Positions 34,190-37,086 of a stretch of 37,086 bases of DNA are shown here, one piece after another. Every line of letters begins with the position of its first letter. Position 1 is the first letter of the stretch. The stretch is taken from positions 26,052,781 to 26,089,866 of the forward strand of contig JBOZIK010000001.1 in assembly GCA_051453625.1 (NCBI GenBank), in the 5' to 3' direction. This stretch comes from Welwitschia mirabilis. Lineage: Eukaryota. Under the pieces are notes generated by a model. That model did no database searches and was not told the DNA's origin. It saw only the letters and a program-made list of their open reading frames with translations. The position numbers and the translations under genes were made by a program.

Positions 34190-34396
34190 ATAAATTAGAT
34201 GGTTAGGTCCTTATCTTTGAAAAAGTACATTTTAATAGGTTTGTTGAGATTTCTAAATTAACTGCTAAAGAAATTCATAAAGTTAATAGATAAAGGTTGA
34301 AAATATATAAACAACCTTTTGATATAAACATGATAAAAGCACTAGCCTTGGAGGTTTCCTTCAAAGAGGAGAACTTCTTTCCTACCATTATCTAAA
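34190..34396 (+). pseudogene. Retained integrase C-terminal (GPY/F) fragment in element D
   Basis: RWLGPYL...EIHKVNR*RLKIY aligns with B 16470-16686 through the stop (attatctaaa). Confidence 0.75.
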
Positions 34397-36000
34397 GTTT
34401 CTTTTAGCTTATTTCTTTAGAGGCCATTATGATTTCACTTAATCATCTTTTAAATATGACTTATGTATTTATTTCATTTTCATTACTAGTCTTTGTACTT
34501 GGGCATTTTACAGTGGTATGGATTCACCTAATCGTAAGACATCCACACATCTATGAACTTAATTTTGAAGGAAGATGCTTTGTTTTTGATGTTTTTCTCA
34601 ATGATGAAAAGGTATTAGATTGTTTAAGAATGTTCTTTTCTATCTTTTATCTTATTACTTCACCTTCATCCTTTGTAGTATTTGATCATGTGGAATTTAG
34701 CTTTTGTGTAAATAAAAATAAAAAATAAAACAAAAAAAAGAGTAAAATAAGGCCATGATGTTTTATATGTAAGATAGATCAAAAAAATTATCACCATGAT
34801 GTCCTATCGCAAGTATACTAGGGTAGATTTTCTCGAGAGGAGGCCTTGATGGTATAATATAATAGTTGTGGGAACTCCATTGGGAGGTTAAGTGGCTATG
34901 TTTCATGAGTCCTTATTCTCTAATTATGGTTTCACTCACCTCATCATGGATAGTTAACTAATAAATAATAAAAACTTTGAGGCTACAAGATTAGTGCTAT
35001 TACTCCTATCATCAGAGACATTACTTGTTTTATAGACTCTTAGTATTTTCACATGATTATTTTATTTCTAAGGATTCAAGTGTTTTTTTTGAAATGTAAG
35101 TAAGTGAGTTCATTTTTTAGCAATGCTTTAATCTTATCACTTATTATTTAAAGCATTTAATTTTTAGTATCATCATAATCACTACCTTATCAAGTGGAAT
35201 TTTACATATTTATACATTTAATCATGCATTTTAAATCAAGTGATGTTATAATTTCTTCCATGGGAGTCTGCTAGGTTAAAATTTAGGGTAGGTAGAATAT
35301 CTTATTTATGTTCTTTATTTTCATTCTTTTTGCTTTCTTTCATTGTTCAAGTTATTTATTTCAAAGTCATTTCCATATTTTCTTATCAAATTAGGACCTT
35401 AACATTTAATGGTTTTCTTATCTAGCTTTTAATAAAGAGTTTTTTTCTTAATTAAATGAGTTTCTTTGAAAATTTTATGATGATCATTTTTAGTCTTTTA
35501 AAGTTCTAAATAATGTTCATAATCATTTTTTGTTAAGCACATCTATTGGGCACTCATGGATCTGCTCCATTCTAATTAGCACATTTTCATACCTACTCCT
35601 TTCATGTTTTTCAAAATACTCCCTACATCTCTATTTTTCAAATCTAATATTTCTACACTCAACTTTGCAATTAATTTCTCAAATGTCAAAATTGAAAAAC
35701 ATCCATTATCCATTTTCTCATTTGAACATAATGATTTCTATGTGATTTCTTTGCTTCATTAGCTAATATAAGACGTATTATTTTTCTTAGGGGAGGGTAG
35801 GACTCATTTTCATAATTTTTCAAGTTACTTAGAGCTTTTGTGAGACATAATTTTTGCAATTTTCACTCCGTACACATGATGCATTATATGTTATTTTACT
35901 ATGTGATATGTTTGAGATTATTTATAGGCCTATTTTATAATTTCTAAAATGATTTTTTAATAATAATTTGGCTCATAATTGTAGTTGTTAGCCTAGTTTT

Positions 36001-36781
36001 ATGAGGCGTTATGAGCTATTTTATAGAACATTTATATAAGTTTAGATGTAATTCTGAGGATTGTAAAGAGTTGATGGATGATCACTAAAATACATAATTC
36101 TTAGCATATTCAAAGGAAATTTGGCCAATTTTCAATGCTTAGTACTTTAGAGGAAGATCAATAATGCTAGAGCTAAATTATCTTGAATTGAAAAGATAAG
36201 AAGAACTATCGTTCCCATTGTTATCCCCATGAAATATAAGATAACAGCCTTACACATGTCAAATCAGATGCTGACATGAAGTAGAGCTAGAACCAATGAA
36301 AACCTCTTTTCTAAGGGTGTGATTCCTCATGTTGTTCCTACAACATAAAGGATGACAAATGGAAATGCATGTATTATCATTCCCTTAGTCATCCCTATGA
36401 CAATTAAGATGACACCTGAAATGGCCAGCCAACTTTCATCTATTTCATCCATTTATTTCTTGGATTAAATCATGTTTTTTAGTGCATTTTGAGTGATAGT
36501 TTTGCCTTTTTTATTGTATAAATAAATTCCTTCTTGACCTTCCTATCCATCTTCAATGCACCAGACATTCTCATGATAGAAGATCAAATGCCAAAAGATC
36601 CATCTCATAAGTTGTAGAAAGATGTTTCCTTGGTGAATGACTATGCATCCTCCATTGAGGATTAGTTGTTTTTAAACCTAAATGCTAGTTCAATTTTTAA
36701 TATAAAAATCTGTTTCTCTGTTGTGAATTTATACTATTAATTTCTCTTATGATTTATATTGTTATTTATTTGGTGATAGTC
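36001..36781 (+). repeat. 3' LTR of element D, missing its PPT and 5' tip and interrupted at 36782
   Basis: Aligns with ~29640-30410. Confidence 0.82.
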
Positions 36782-37086
36782 TATTGTGGTGTGTATTTGT
36801 GCAATAGTTCACGTTTCAATTTCAATCCTGTTAATTATCATAAGATGCAAAATACAACACGCTAGTATAGACAAAGTGATCCGAATGTCGTAATTCCATC
36901 TAAGGCCAATAGTATGGACAATAAAGATTTGATTTCACGAAGAAATATGTAACTTAATCTATTGAATTTAAATTGCAATGCATGAATAACAATGCAAGAC
37001 TAATCTATAAAAATAAATAGCGATGCACCTAATCTAATTAAGCTCAACCTTAAAGAAGGCTGTCCTCATAATCTATATAATTAAAG
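36782..37086 (-). repeat. Element F: 3' end of a minus-strand related LTR, continuing beyond the window
   Basis: tattgtggtgtgtatttgtgc is the reverse complement of the family LTR end. ccgaatgtcgtaattccat matches E ccaaatgtcataattccat. Confidence 0.75.

Larger units (their letters stand above)
29610..36781 (+). mobile_element. Element D: non-autonomous (LARD-like) Athila-related element with 5' LTR, PBS, ~5.1-kb internal region lacking RT/RH/INT core, and a truncated 3' LTR
   Basis: LTR pair 29610-30846 and ~36001-36781, a tRNA-Asp PBS, and no recognisable pol motifs except the integrase tail. Confidence 0.82.

Noticed and set aside
33985..34190. Possible intron (G/GTGAAT donor ... pyrimidine tract-TTCAAG acceptor) just before the integrase tail in D
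   Set aside because: The donor-like motif is shared with A (~566), but the acceptor is not clearly conserved and T-rich DNA yields such signals by chance.
215..35745. Short F/L/I-rich ORFs in the track (e.g. 580-795, 10968-11171, 34429-34728, 35530-35745) as membrane peptides or host genes
   Set aside because: These are expected by chance in T-rich DNA, the frames are not conserved between homologous copies A-D, and several use non-ATG starts.

Overview
This window is AT-rich, CpG-depleted plant nuclear DNA from a gapped draft assembly. I found no intact host gene, RNA gene or CRISPR array. Almost all of it is a nest of decayed LTR retrotransposons. (1) A Sirevirus-like (SIRE/Maximus) Ty1/copia element lies at 1170-10058. 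It has both LTRs, a near-perfect 5-bp TSD, a tRNA-iMet PBS, gag-protease, an env-like ORF and multiple PPTs, but no integrase, RT or RNase H, and it carries a ~1.5-kb internal duplication. (2) At least six related Athila-type Ty3/gypsy pieces (called A-F here) are present. Where a PBS is visible (D, E) it is tRNA-Asp type, and the LTR ends are TGTTGC...GCAACA-like. B retains a fully pseudogenised PR-RT-RH-INT pol, while D and probably A are non-autonomous derivatives. (3) A second copia remnant lies at 25562-29609. The junctions suggest up to five nesting layers. The best candidate for something undescribed is a ~155-nt GC-richer, multi-hairpin segment conserved four times in the 3' non-coding region of both the pol-containing and the derivative Athila-like elements. 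It may be a cis-acting structured RNA, but it is not a canonical hammerhead. Family assignments come from motif recognition and alignments done by eye, not from database searches.
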